Shown here piece by piece: positions 51,801-64,000 of a stretch of DNA of 64,000 nt. The notes beneath the pieces were generated by a model. That model made no database searches. It was not told where the DNA came from and saw only the letters and a list, made by a program, of their open reading frames with translations. This stretch comes from Trichinella spiralis. Its lineage: Eukaryota. The translations under genes and the position numbers were made by a program. The stretch is from the NCBI RefSeq assembly GCF_000181795.1, contig NW_003526941.1:3040195-3104194 (forward strand). The letters run 5' to 3'. How positions within the stretch are numbered: the first letter of the stretch is position 1; every line of letters begins with the position of its first letter.

Positions 51801-51936
51801 CGACAATGAATAAATTTTCAGTTAGCTTGTTGATGAAGCGAAGCGATTGCTTCGAAGGCAACTTAACCGGCGGATCGCCATCGGTTGTGTTTGACGTAGA
51901 TGCGGAATGTTTTTCGCTGCTCAAATTGCCATTCAT
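42851..51936 (-). CDS. NACHT and WD40 repeat protein (NWD1/NWD2-like STAND NTPase), many exons
   Basis: N-terminal DUF4062-like segment (IIIFLWAPS/EFKDEKELF, LLEEIDHCGHASCGPFFV/SMLGETLGSRVLP). Walker A GAHGQGKT and Walker B VLVVLLDD. FGLTQCELFDLLS, FRWSH and LCNFEYL, then numerous WD40 repeats at 43400-45800. The start at 51936 is tentative. Confidence 0.88.
48048..48073. repeat. (ATT)n microsatellite in an intron of the NWD-like gene
   Basis: About 8 copies; this explains the poly-I stretch in the ORF track. Confidence 0.85.
50426..50450. repeat. (TCCA)n microsatellite
   Basis: About 6 copies, directly visible. Confidence 0.8.
51645..51668. repeat. (TATG)n microsatellite
   Basis: About 6 copies, followed by (TTTG)n. 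Confidence 0.8.
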
Positions 51937-54875
51937 GGTGGTTGGACGGCGATCTGGAAGCTTTTTTCGCCAAAGTAAGATTTAGCTTTGATACTCACTA
52001 GATGGCGCTTTTTACTGTTTGGCTATACTGGTTGCTGGTTAGTCGAAATAGGAAACATGGCGTTCGGCATTGCTGTTTTGTTTTCATTTCATTACAGTAA
52101 AATGTCTATCAAGAGCCAATGACCTTTCAGGACGGTTTAGTTCGCAGTGATTGTAATTTTGTGTGGAAGGGAATGAAAAAAATTATTTCGCACCATTATT
52201 GAAGTGAGCCGACGCTGTGTACATGCGGTTGCCCAGGCCAACCGACTGACTATTTACTTCAGGCGCATTAAGATCGATCTTTGCAACTTGAATGAAGCAG
52301 CCGAGGTGATGCATATGGCGAGCTGAACGATCTGAAAGCCGAAATTTGCCACATTTGAACAAACTGAAATTGCAATCAGTACGATTTTGTGGTTTATTTA
52401 CAATTATTATTATTATTTTCGTAATATCCAGTTTTTTCATTTTATTTTTTTGCATGTAAAATTATGTTTATAATGCCCTGAAGTTGGATGAGAGAGAGCA
52501 TAGGGAGGAGGGTTTATTCTTTAAATATTATTTGGATTATTTGTTTAAGATATTTTTTAAATGCCTTTAGATGATTTAATGTACATGCTTGTCATTGTGA
52601 ATCAAGTGTCATTTGTCAGGAATTTTTTTATACAACGTTTATAATAGCTATAGATTATATTTAAATGGATATTAATTTTCTTTGAACTCAACGTTGCAAA
52701 AATTTGTTGAAGTGACATTATTTTTCACTTTATTTTCAAACTGTTAAACGATCATATTTATCAATGATGGTAAAATTTATAATTGCTTTTATTATTTCCA
52801 CATACATACCGTGACGCATTGCAATCGCAAATACTGATGCATATAGGTTTTTCTGATTTTTAGAAAGTGCTCATCGAAAGGTTATAAGTCAAACACTGAA
52901 TTTGTCATACTTTGTTATTTTAGTATATTTATTTATTTATTTATTTGCCTTTTAATTAATCGATGTTTATTTAAATGTTCTTCATCACTGAATTTATTAT
53001 TAATTCATATTAGTTGGTAATCAATTGAAGCATGTGGAAAGATAGTTTCTTCTCTATCACCTATTTCAGATATTTTTGTAGAGAAGAAAGCTGATCAATT
53101 TGTTATTCACACATTGTCATTCTGTTGAATTTAAGTAATCACTTTTTGCTTGACAATAATGATGCATTACTGATGAGATTATTTTTCACATTTACACGAA
53201 CATATCCTGCAGTGACATTGAAATGTGTTCGATATTTTGAACTGAAATTTAATTAACCATTTTCTCATTAAAATATATTTGAGTAGGAGGCATTTCGAAA
53301 TGATTGCTCCTTTTTCTATTTGTTATTTTATGAATTTATTTCTAAATATTGCTTATCTTTTCTGATAAGCCTTTCTAATTAAGATGTTCTACAACTCTGC
53401 AAGCGTGGTTGTTGTGATATTTGCTTATTTCATTATTGTTTGCTTATCCAAGCTACACTGCCAAGCTGTTTGCTCAACTCATCCACTAGTGCAAATTATG
53501 CAAAATTAAATTGCCGTATTTGTGTTCAACCATGGCATAAGTAAGGTTTTGCGAGGTTGTTGTGCATGCAAATGAATGCAAATGCGGAATTCGTTTGCTG
53601 CTGCTGCTGTTTAGCTGTTTGGTTTTTTGCGTTCTATAGTGAATTTTATTTATTCAAAGATCAATTCCAATTTCAGTATTCGTTGCGTCACAATTAATTG
53701 AACAAATTTATAATGTGAATGAAAAATATTTATTATTTATGCGGTTTAAAAGCAGTTTATTTTCAAATGAATAAATTAGACGTTTTTTTAATAATGCTTT
53801 ATAAGGAATGGTAGCTTTTTGTTAGATAGCAAGATTTTTTCCATGTTGAGGTTTATGTTCAAAATTTTTTTATAAAACAGTTTTATAATTTTTTAAGGAG
53901 AATGTTTGCTTTTTATTTTAATTTTTAATTGAAACATTGCATTGCTTAACGTAAGCGATCCATAATCAAGATTTGCATAAAGCAATCAGCGGAATATTAT
54001 TGAAATTTGAGTTAAATTTACATTCAACAAAGAATAAAGAGGAAAATCATTTCATTTTTCAAGTTGTTCATTGATAAACGATTACTTGCATAATTTCCTT
54101 ACCTTACTTTTGCGATTCGTAAGAAATGCTTTCTTTTATGTTTGCATTATATATGTAGCCGTGCAAAATTAGCTTCATTATCAGTTGAATTAATTGTCAG
54201 ATGTTGAAATGGAAGGGTTATGTATCCGTTTTCTTCTTCTTCTTCTTCTTTTCCTATTTTCTTTTTCACTTCAACTTCATCTTTGCGTAAATATTCTGTA
54301 ATCATTATCTTAAACATTGTGTGAGAATATTGATTTTTTCCAATTTTGCATGATTAAGAAATTATTTGAAAAAACTTTCCGCTTGGATTTGGAAATTTTA
54401 AGAATGTTAGATTGATAATACTAACGGCGTTGTCTTTTCGAATCAGCTCTGCTGTTAACGACCGCAGGGTACTTACTTCGTTATTCACTAATGATCATGA
54501 GGCAGTTTACGCTAGTTAATTGAATTTTCTATTTACACAGAATCTGATTGCTTTTAAAATTTACCAGTTTCGGTTATTTTTATTTTTTCAATAAATTTTT
54601 ATTTAAAATCAGGCGTTTGTTTGCTTGTTTGAAGCTTGCTTAAAACTTTTCATAATTTCAGAAATGGAACAGTCTAACAGTAGAAAACAGAACTTCAATT
54701 TTTCACGATATTTAGAGTATATGTATTTTTTTTATTTTAGATGAAAAATGATGTGCGGGTAGTATGGGCTTTATTCGCAAAGTGATTCTTTCAGGCAAAT
54801 GTTTATTAAAATTCTGAAGTATTGAATGAAATATATGGACATTTTGTACAAATAAATCGATCCAATGAGCAAAAA

Positions 54876-56735
54876 TTATGATTCCATGCATTCTTTCAAC
54901 AATTTGCGTAACCAGCTCTGAGAATTGCTCAGGCTTTGCACCAAAGATAAGTGATCTTCAGCCGGTGCTACATGTTTGCTGATTATAACTGCACCGTTGT
55001 GTGTACTTACTTCACGAAGATGACTGTACATTGAATTGGTTTGATCCTTGAATGCTTCACTTTCGTTTTCTCCAACAATTAACAATACTTTCAAATTTTG
55101 TATGCTGTTATCGTTCATTTGTGGCAAAATCTGCGTTTCAAATATTGGACTATATTGAAGCGCCATTTCTTCTGTCAAACTACAAAGGGAAGATATCTTT
55201 AAAATTTTAATCACCGGACCGTAGCGTTAGTACCTACCGCACAGCATTTCCAATGTAAGAATTTACCAACGGTTGTAAATTGTATACACCGCTGAGAAGT
55301 ACAATTCCTCTTATGAGAGATAGTTGTTCATTTTTTATCTTCGACAAAGCCGTGCTAATCAAATGAGCACCTGCCGAATGACCGACAACATATATTGGTG
55401 CAGAATCATACTTTGAATTGCTCAGTTCGACCAACAGCAATACACCTTGAATAACGTCATTCACAATTTCTTGCATCGTGACCATCGGCGCCATTCTATA
55501 TTCCAACGTGGCGAATCTTATTTGCTTATCTGTCAAATCGCAAATCGCTTCGCCGTTGATTTGTGATGTTCCTTCCTTAAACAAAAGATAATAATAATAA
55601 TAATATGAACATTTATTCAATTTGTGAAATATGGATTATACCTGCCAAAAACCGCCGTGAATATAGAATAATGTAGCAATACTTGATTTTTGAACATGTT
55701 CAAAAATTTCCACACAGCTTCTTCGGCTGTCGGTACAGTCGAAAGGAAAAGATTCTTTCCGAATCAGGGCATCGTTCGGAATAGCCACAGTAGTCCATTC
55801 ATAAAACTTTTTTAAAATCTTAATTAATTTCAAAAAATTATTTTTTTAGCTTGCGCAGACTGGTAAATTTCATTATTATTTACCTCATACGGTTGACATC
55901 GTCTAGCCGACCAATGACTTGCAGAATATTGACATTCGATTTGTGAATATGGAAATCCATGAATGCAAATATTAAGGTTTTTCACATCTTCTAACCCTAA
56001 TATTTATAACAAAAAAGATAAAAACAACGAAATAAATGCCAACAAAAGTAATCAGTTTAAAAGTTTATAATAATAAAATGCAACGTATTCAATTATCAGT
56101 AGTTAGTTTAAAAAATGTAAAATAATTCAAACGCAAATATTATTAAATTTAAAGTATTTAAATTTCGAAATATTTTGTTACAGTAATCCTAAAATAATGC
56201 TTGCATGTCTGTAAAAATACTGTATAAATGACGTTAAATATACAACAGCGATTTTTAGATTTTTCATTTATATATCAACTGATAAACTTCAGCAGTCAGT
56301 TTTAACCAACAGACATTGACATATCAAAACAATCAACACATATTCCTTTAACTTATTAAGCACTTTTTAGTTAATTACGGACTGCCGCTTTTCGATTTTA
56401 ATGTTATATTTATTTAAAATTTACTATTTATTTACTTTTGTAACACAATGAAATATGTGAAATATAAAGAAAAATAATTCACCTTTTGAATTAAGTATAT
56501 TCAAAAAATCGTTAATAACAAGTTGTGTTTGTTTAGTGCAATGAATTAGATCATTCGTGTTGTTTTTCAATTTTCCGCTTAACAACGGCACTTTGAAGCA
56601 AAAAGAAACATTCTCCAGTTGTCCTTCATTAATCAAGATATTATTATCACCATGACAATGATTTAATTCGCTAATTTTCACACTCACGAATTCAGATTCA
56701 CCATGCATCCCTAAACATTCTTTGCTCACTTGCAT
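54876..56735 (-). CDS. AFMID: Kynurenine formamidase-like alpha/beta hydrolase; 5' exon assignment tentative
   Basis: Contains IECQYSASHWS, YIHGGFWQEG, nucleophile elbow VGHSAGAHL, LLSGVYNLQPL, YSP, VGENES and EDH. The exon at 55884-55996 is phase-compatible with the exon at 56483-56735. Confidence 0.8.
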
Positions 56736-57419
56736 CAGAAGAAAAAAAATAAAAAAACTACTTATAAACAGTTCGATTACAATCCTGTTGTTAATAATAT
56801 TTTGCGTAATAAAAATTCATTGCACTTACTATACGTGCGTACAAAAATTATTCAGTGCACAAAGTAAAGAATGTCATTCACCACCAAAAAATTACAGAAA
56901 TGAATCGTCACTAAGGAATATGTTTGCATATGGTGTACAGATAAACAACCCAGTTAAAATAATAATGAGAACTTTAAAAAAATTCGTAAAATGAAAATTC
57001 ATTACAGGTAATTAATAATTATGTATGGCAAATTATTTGTCTGTTAAATGCTGAATGATAATAATTTATTAGACATATATTTATACAAAAATTGATTGAA
57101 TTACTATTAGTAATTGATATTTATTATGTTCGCGTAGTGATCTGAAAAAAATTCGAATTAAAGTATCTTATGTTATTAGTTCTTCATTTTGTTCTTACTG
57201 TAATTTTGGTTGCAATTATTGCTCTGCTTTTGGCATTGAAAGTGCAACTCTGAACTTGTTTTACAGTTTGTCAAGGCAACTTTTTATCATGCTCAAATAG
57301 CAAGAACGTCAGTTAAGACATGTATTGGTTTATAAATGTTCGGCCGTCCTTGCCATATCTAGAAATTGTCAATAAAAGAAAATTTTCTTTTTCCTTGTGA
57401 TGCTTTGATTTATCTGAAA

Positions 57420-60400
57420 ATGTATCCGATTGGCATTCCAACTGTGCTAAATACCCATACGGAAGATGATGATGCCGAAAAATCACAAATTGTTCACTTA
57501 GCTTGTAATCGAGAACGAGATATATGCGTAGTTTTGTGGCGAAACGCTGTTGCTTTGTATTTTACATTTCCACAGCTATGTCTGATTTCACACTTTGCCA
57601 CAGACGAAGAATTAGATTTGATGGGTGACTATGAATGCGTAATGTGGAAACCGGATAGTACTGCATTATTGGTTCGAGTATGTATCACACATTTAATTTA
57701 CTTTTAATCGTTTCAATTTTTTAACAAAGTTTTTCTTATTGTAGACTTCAAAGAATTTTCTTTTATTATACAAAGTGAAAATCGATTGGGAATTATCTTA
57801 TCGCGTTTTTCAAGAAGCTGCTAATTCGTCTCATAGTAGCAGTTCCAATCGACCTTTTATAACAAGGAAGATTCCTGCCGTTCAGCTCACCTTAACTACA
57901 ACAGTGAACTTATCAGCTCATATTAACTGGTAACTTTTTTAATTTTTTTACTGTTTTTATATATCTTACTTTTTAACTACTTTTCCCGAAATAACTGTGT
58001 TTTATTATCATAAATCTTCATGTATATTTTTTAATGTTTAATATGGAAATTTTGTGGCTTCAAATCATTTCAAGTGTTTGCATTGTTAACAGAGTATCAT
58101 TATTTTATAAGGAAATTTTAAATCATTAATTATGTGACGTAACTGTAACGCAATCAATGGGATAGATGACTGCTCATTGTTGAACAAGATGTGTTTGTTC
58201 ATTGTTTTATTTTGTCATTATTGCCAAACAAACAGTAAAAGTTACTTTTTATTTAGAGAGGAAATAATGTATTTTATATCTGTTTAAGATTTTGTTCTTC
58301 ATTTATAATTTTTTAATTTTAAAATATTTTCAACTTGTATAGTAGTTACAGTAAGTAGTAAAATTCACAGAAATAGTAATAATTGAAATTTATGACAGTG
58401 AATAAATATGAAACAATAGTCTAATATCTAGCTGACTATATAAATTTGGGCGTTAATGTATTTTATATGTAATAATATTGTTTGAACTTGGCATTTCACT
58501 GTAGCATATTTTTTTCACATAGTGTTTTTTAAATGTGAAACGTGGCAATTTGTATCGCTGAAAATGATAAGCAAGTTGATTGTATGCTTACGTACATTAT
58601 ATTTTGCTTGCTTCAACAGATAAGAATGATTTCAAGTTCAGTTGTTTGTTTTGTTATATCTAGTTTTTATATGAGAGATTCTTCATCTGGAAATTAATTA
58701 CAGTTATTCTACTTTGAAAGAAGAGTTTCTGATCTGTTTGAAAAATGGTTTTGTTCATCGTTTTCTCTGGGATGGTCAAATTGTCGAAGAATTGGCTTGG
58801 TCAGTGGATAAAGTGCCATTTTACTTCGATCAGTTGCAGTCACGTGCTCAGTATGCGAACCGAATAGCGTCGGATTGCAGTGAATTTTCTCCCTCCACTC
58901 CCCCAACAGCAGCAGTCTGCTTTGTTGACATTTGTCATTCATCTTTTGTTGGTGGATTTTTGGTAGTGCTAAATGACGGTCGTGCTGCCCTGTTGACAGC
59001 ATTGTCACCAAGATTTCATCCTTCGGTAATGATAAGAAAATTTATTGTTCAATATGTTGAATCAAAAAAAAAAGAAAAGAATTCTTTTTTACAATCAGGA
59101 ATTGAGAGCAATTTGGGCTCCAAATGTAAATGATGCATGCTGTTGTTCAACGAATCATAAATATCGTTTATTGGCGATTGGATGTAAAGAGTAAGAAATG
59201 TTGAAAGCGAATTAAAAACCCATTTATTATTCGGTTTAAATTTTTCAGTTCTTCAGTTCTTGTTTTTCACGTCGACGATACAACTGGTGCCTTGGTGTTA
59301 ACTTACCGTACAGATTTGAATGTGATCGGCAATCCAGAATTGACTCGCAATTTGGGCCCCGTTCAGTCTGTGAAATGGGCAGCACCGGGTAACTATCTGC
59401 TGGTCAGTTGGCGTGCCATGGGTATTGGTTGCTGGTCAGTATTTGGTTCAAGATTGTGGTTCAAGCCTTGTCTGTTGGATCGCAGTTCAAATGCGATTCG
59501 TTGCTTCGACTGGGGTCCAGAAGGTCACCATGTATGGTTCACCAACGGCGTGGAGCTTTTCGTAGTTCGCCTTTTGTCTCTCTGCGATACCAATTCTGTT
59601 GTTTTAGTATGAAATGGAACCTTTTATTTTCTTCTTCTTCTTAATTTCACCTGAACAATAGCTATTAATTAATTTTCAATTTCCCTTGTTGATTTAGCGT
59701 TGATTATTATCTTTTCAGAGCGATCGAGAGAGAATTGGTTTGTATTGTGATGATCAAATTTATCTAAGTCCCGATAATGGTATCAATCGCGCATCTAATG
59801 CCGAATGGCCGCTGGCTTTTTGGCATCAAATTCAAGTGCCGTTGGAATATTTGAATTATTGTTGGCCCATTCGAGTGAGTCAATTATTGAGTTTGCGCGT
59901 GACCACTGTCAGCTTGGTTTGTTACTGCTCTTATAAATGTGAATTATTTTCTAAAAGAAACTTCTTGTTTATTTATTTATTTATTTATTATTTTTTTAAT
60001 TTCCTTTTTAGACGTGTTACTTTGATGCGATCAATAATGTAGTTTGTGTGGTGGGCAGTCGTGGTTTTGCTTATCACTTGTTGACGACCAGAAAATGGCG
60101 TCTCTTCACCAATGAGGTTCAGGTAAAAAAGAATTTGAATTTAAAATAGATGTTTTAAATTACTATCATTTTTATATATTTATATTTTAGGAGCGTCAGT
60201 TGGTGGTCGGTTCGGCAGTGCGTTATTGGAATGGTTATATAATATGTAGTTGTTACGATTTTGAAGATGAATCAGATGAAGTAGATGATTGATTGCATTT
60301 GAAAAAAAAGCTGTTTATAATAATATTTATTCTATTATTATTATTTTATTGTTAATATTAGTGTTATTTTGTTTAGCTGAGATTTTATCCAACTTCAGAA

Positions 60401-63400
60401 CGATTGGATTCTGATTATTGCACCCGTTTGACTTTGGAATCACCAGTGTTGTTGTTATCGTTACGTGAAGAAGTGTTGTTGACGTTCGATTTGGAGGCGA
60501 AATGCATTTTATACTACATGTCGATAATTGATGATGCTAAGCAGAGAACTATCAACGTGGAGAAGAAGGCTATCATTTTAGTATCGGATCTTGTTCCGCA
60601 TCCGTTTTGTGTTGCATCGGTGCATATAATCTCTAGACAGACACTTGACTGTGGCGAAGGAACGTTTTGCGGAACAGTGGACACGTTGCTGCTAAATGTA
60701 GCCGGTCGTGTGATCATGCTCACGCCTCAGACGTTATCTTGTCGACGTCACGTTGGTGATGACGTGAAAGCTTCACAACTTGAAGCGCCTTTACTGATTG
60801 CCTCGTTTGTGGAACAGATTTGGTGCGGTGCCGGTGCCGATTCTTCGAAGCCACATTTAAGCCAAGCGATTTGGATCAACTCTGGTTCTCGGGGCATGTT
60901 GATATGGATGCCATTGATGCCACGTGATGACCAGCAGCATCTTGCCACCAAGCATCAATCGTTCATTTCTAAATGGATCATGCTTGGTTTCCAGTTGTCA
61001 TCTCTGCACCCTTCAGTGGTCTGCTCGTTGAAGTGTTTTTTCTTGGGTGTGGAAAGTGAAACAGATTGTTCAAATTCTTGGATTGAACATAAACGTGAGG
61101 TGTTTCTGCATCACATTTTGAAACAGTTGCTTCGGCGAAATCTTGGCATCTATGCACTGGACATTGCGAATACTTGTCGTGATTTGCCTCATTTTCAGCA
61201 CTGTTTAGAGTTGCTTTTGCACAGTGTCCTCGAAGAGGAAGGCACTTGCTCAGAACCGATTCCAGGTTTGAATACACACATATATACATGTATAAAAGTC
61301 ACACTGTTATACTGTTTAGCACAACATGATTAAATGTGTATTAGATGAAATTACATTTTACAAAATGTATTGCTATGAATTAACGTTTCTAAATGATTGA
61401 TTCTATTTATAAATGTAATAAGATTACGATAAGCTTGTCTTTATTACTTGGTTGTACTTCTTTTAGATCCGCAGTTGCCGAGAGTTATTGAATTTTTGCG
61501 CGAATTTCCTGAATTTCTTCAAGTAATTGCTTATTGCGCGCGTAAAACTGAAATGGCACTGTGGAAATATTTGTTCCAGTATGTTGGTAGTCCAAAACAG
61601 CTGTTTCAAGTATACATTTCTTTTAATTTTACGTTGTTATTTTAATTTCTATTACCATTTGTTTCTATTTGAGATTTGTCTAAAAGAGAAACAATTGGAA
61701 ACTGCAGCTTGCTATTTTATCATTTTACAAAGCATGGAATCATCATCAGACAGTAAAAAGGTATACGATAAATACATGTGTTTGTGTGTGAAGAAATTTA
61801 AATAATAAATATTTTTCAGCTTGCCACGGAACTTTTGAAAGCCGTTTTAAACGAACGCAGATGGAATATTGCCAATGAAATTATTCGCTTTTTGAAATCC
61901 ATCGGTTAATAAATCGTTTTTTTTTCTAAAAAAGATTTGTTTTTATTAATTTTTTTTGATGATTTTCAGATCCATCCGATTTGGATTCACCTCCGACAAC
62001 ACCATTGATTTTTTTGAAACAGTCTGCACAGCCGAGAATATCTATTCTTTCTCCTACGGTTATTGAAAATTGGAATGGGTTCATGTTTGCCAATGCATCT
62101 GGTGGTGGTGGTGGTGGATCACGTTCTCGAAATCAATCTGGTACAAGTCACACAGATTCGGCTAGTCGTCACAGTTCCGCCGTCTGGTCAACGCCTTCAG
62201 TAGCTGAGCAGTCTATTTCACATGGTCAACAGCAGTCCAATTTTGGATTGGATCGAAAAAGTGACAATAATTCTATGGACGGATTTGTGCAAATTATTTT
62301 AGCTGACCATGCCAAGCAGTTGATTGCCAGCTGTCGACTGTATGATTTGATCGTATTTGCAGATCAGGTTAACTTCAACGTCATTCTGTGGTTAAATCAA
62401 CAACGGTAAGCATTTTGTCATCCATCTAGGCATATTGTATTTTTAGAATTGATAAAATTTATCAATATAATTCGTTGATTGTGTTTAGGCATCGTGCAGC
62501 GAAAGTTGTGCATTTTCCAACGGCTTTGCGAAGTTTACACTCCGATTTCAGCATTGCCTACCCTTTACCGGATACGAACTTTGATATAAGCTATTTGGGA
62601 GCGTCAGCTTTGCAAGATGTCCCTTATTCAGCTGGTAATTGAGCAGATGTGAATGGAATTGATTTTAATATTAGAATTTTTAATTTGAATTTTTGTAGAA
62701 TTGTTGGAGACGTCGAATTTGTTGAACGGCAATGGCAACGGTAATATTGGTGACGACGATTTGTCGCTGATTGAATCGCTCAGTCTTGTTGAACCGAAAG
62801 GGAAACAGCCATTTGATTCGGCTGCTGCTGGACAGTCGAACGGTTCAGTTGTTGTTGATACGCTAAAGCTGGAACTTTTGGATGGTGAATTGTTGGCAGA
62901 TGACGATTCGAAAAGAAAAATTGGCAACGAGCGGATGAGAAAAACGATGCATTTTGTCGAAAGTATTATGATAGAAGCGGCTTGTTTGGATTGGTTGTTG
63001 TTGATTGATTTGGTGTTGCGTGATTTGAGAAATTTTCGGTCATTGTTGTTGATGACCATCTCTTCCACGAACGCAGATGAAATGAAAGCGTTGGACAACG
63101 GTTTGACAGATTTGATTCAGTGGGCTGAGAAGGATTGGTATGTGTATATATTTTTTTCGACTTTTTGATGATTTAATAAGATCATTTAAGTTAAAATTGT
63201 TTTTTGTTTTGTATTTTCAGCTTTGCTTATGTACCGTTTTTTAAAGCTGTTCGTGATGCTTTGCAACATGTGTGTGCCGAACGCTTGGAAGACGATTATT
63301 TCAATATTGGCAATGGGAATTCAGCGACGTCGATGAAATCTGTGGAAAATGCTGCGATTTCTGTTTCGTCGACATTATCTGTACGAGAGTTGGCCATAAA

Positions 63401-63548
63401 AAATCTCAGCAAAATTGAATCCAAAGCAGCTTTCAGCGAAACGTTTTCCAGTCGACCTCAGCTCGGACGACATTATGTATCCTCTGTTGAAGATCATTTG
63501 ATAAATCCTGTTTCTCCTTCAGAACATACATCCTGTTCGATGATGTGA
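57420..63548 (+). CDS. RIC1: RIC1 (Rab6 GEF complex subunit), multi-exon
   Basis: Contains [84 protein letters not shown] and [17 protein letters not shown]. Ends in CSMM-stop. Confidence 0.95.
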
Positions 63549-64000
63549 TAAGCTCACTTCAGTTTCAGTAATTCCGGTTGTTTGATGCACTGTGCTCATA
63601 TTTGTTGTTTAGTCGAGCTGTTTATTATTGTTAAGCCAAACAGTTGATCCTCTTTCTGTTTCTCTTTTTGTAAAATAATGACATCGTTGCGCATTTATGT
63701 CTTTGGATCTATTTTGTTTTTTTCTTCGAATAAATAATTATGCATGTAAAGTTCTTTTCATTAATTTCTAGAAAGGTTGAATTCCGCTATTAAGAAAAAG
63801 GAAATTTATTTACAATTATGAAATTTCAATTATTCACTTGACAATACATTATGTTTATTGCGTTTATTTTCAGCTTTAATATTTATGCATATTGTATGAG
63901 CGTACGTCTACTGTCGATATATTTACAGTATTACGAGTTCAACAAAGTTCAGATTCGCTGATCGGTTTTGTACAAAAGTTTCGTAGCTGCACTACTACCA

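Noticed and set aside
1..64000. U12-type introns, tRNA, snRNA/SL RNA genes, known miRNAs, transposase or RT ORFs
   Set aside because: None of the donors I read had the [GA]TATCCTT signature. I recognised no cloverleaf, known mature miRNA or transposase motif by eye. A covariance-model search could still find something.

Overview
AT-rich, intron-dense eukaryotic genomic DNA. It is most consistent with a nematode, probably a clade I, Trichinella-like species (inferred from short ~50-90 nt GT-AG introns, tttcag acceptors, an MSP-domain gene, a DUF1757 gene and astacin-ShKT genes). I can support 17 protein-coding genes, 13 of them on the minus strand. In order: a Cad99C/PCDH15-like cadherin (3' end unresolved), two tandem astacin+ShKT metalloproteases, FAM161-like, ADCK1, calreticulin, a DHHC palmitoyltransferase, DUF1757, an MSP-domain protein, MRPL2, SRR1-like, Tim21, a secreted EndoU ribonuclease, TMEM121-like, a NACHT-WD40 (NWD-like) protein, kynurenine formamidase and RIC1. 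I found no tRNA, rRNA, CRISPR or intact transposon, and no convincingly new multi-gene system. The best leads are: (1) the cadherin goes from its signal peptide straight into the EC3-equivalent, apparently lacking EC1-EC2; (2) TACNGTA is strongly clustered in the spacers of the housekeeping-gene block; (3) two ERSE-like CCAAT-N9-xxACG elements sit upstream of calreticulin; (4) an X-box-like cluster sits upstream of FAM161; (5) one astacin paralog has Leu in place of the Met-turn Met; (6) RIC1 ends in a CaaX box. Exon boundaries were read by eye and family calls come from recalled motifs, not database searches.
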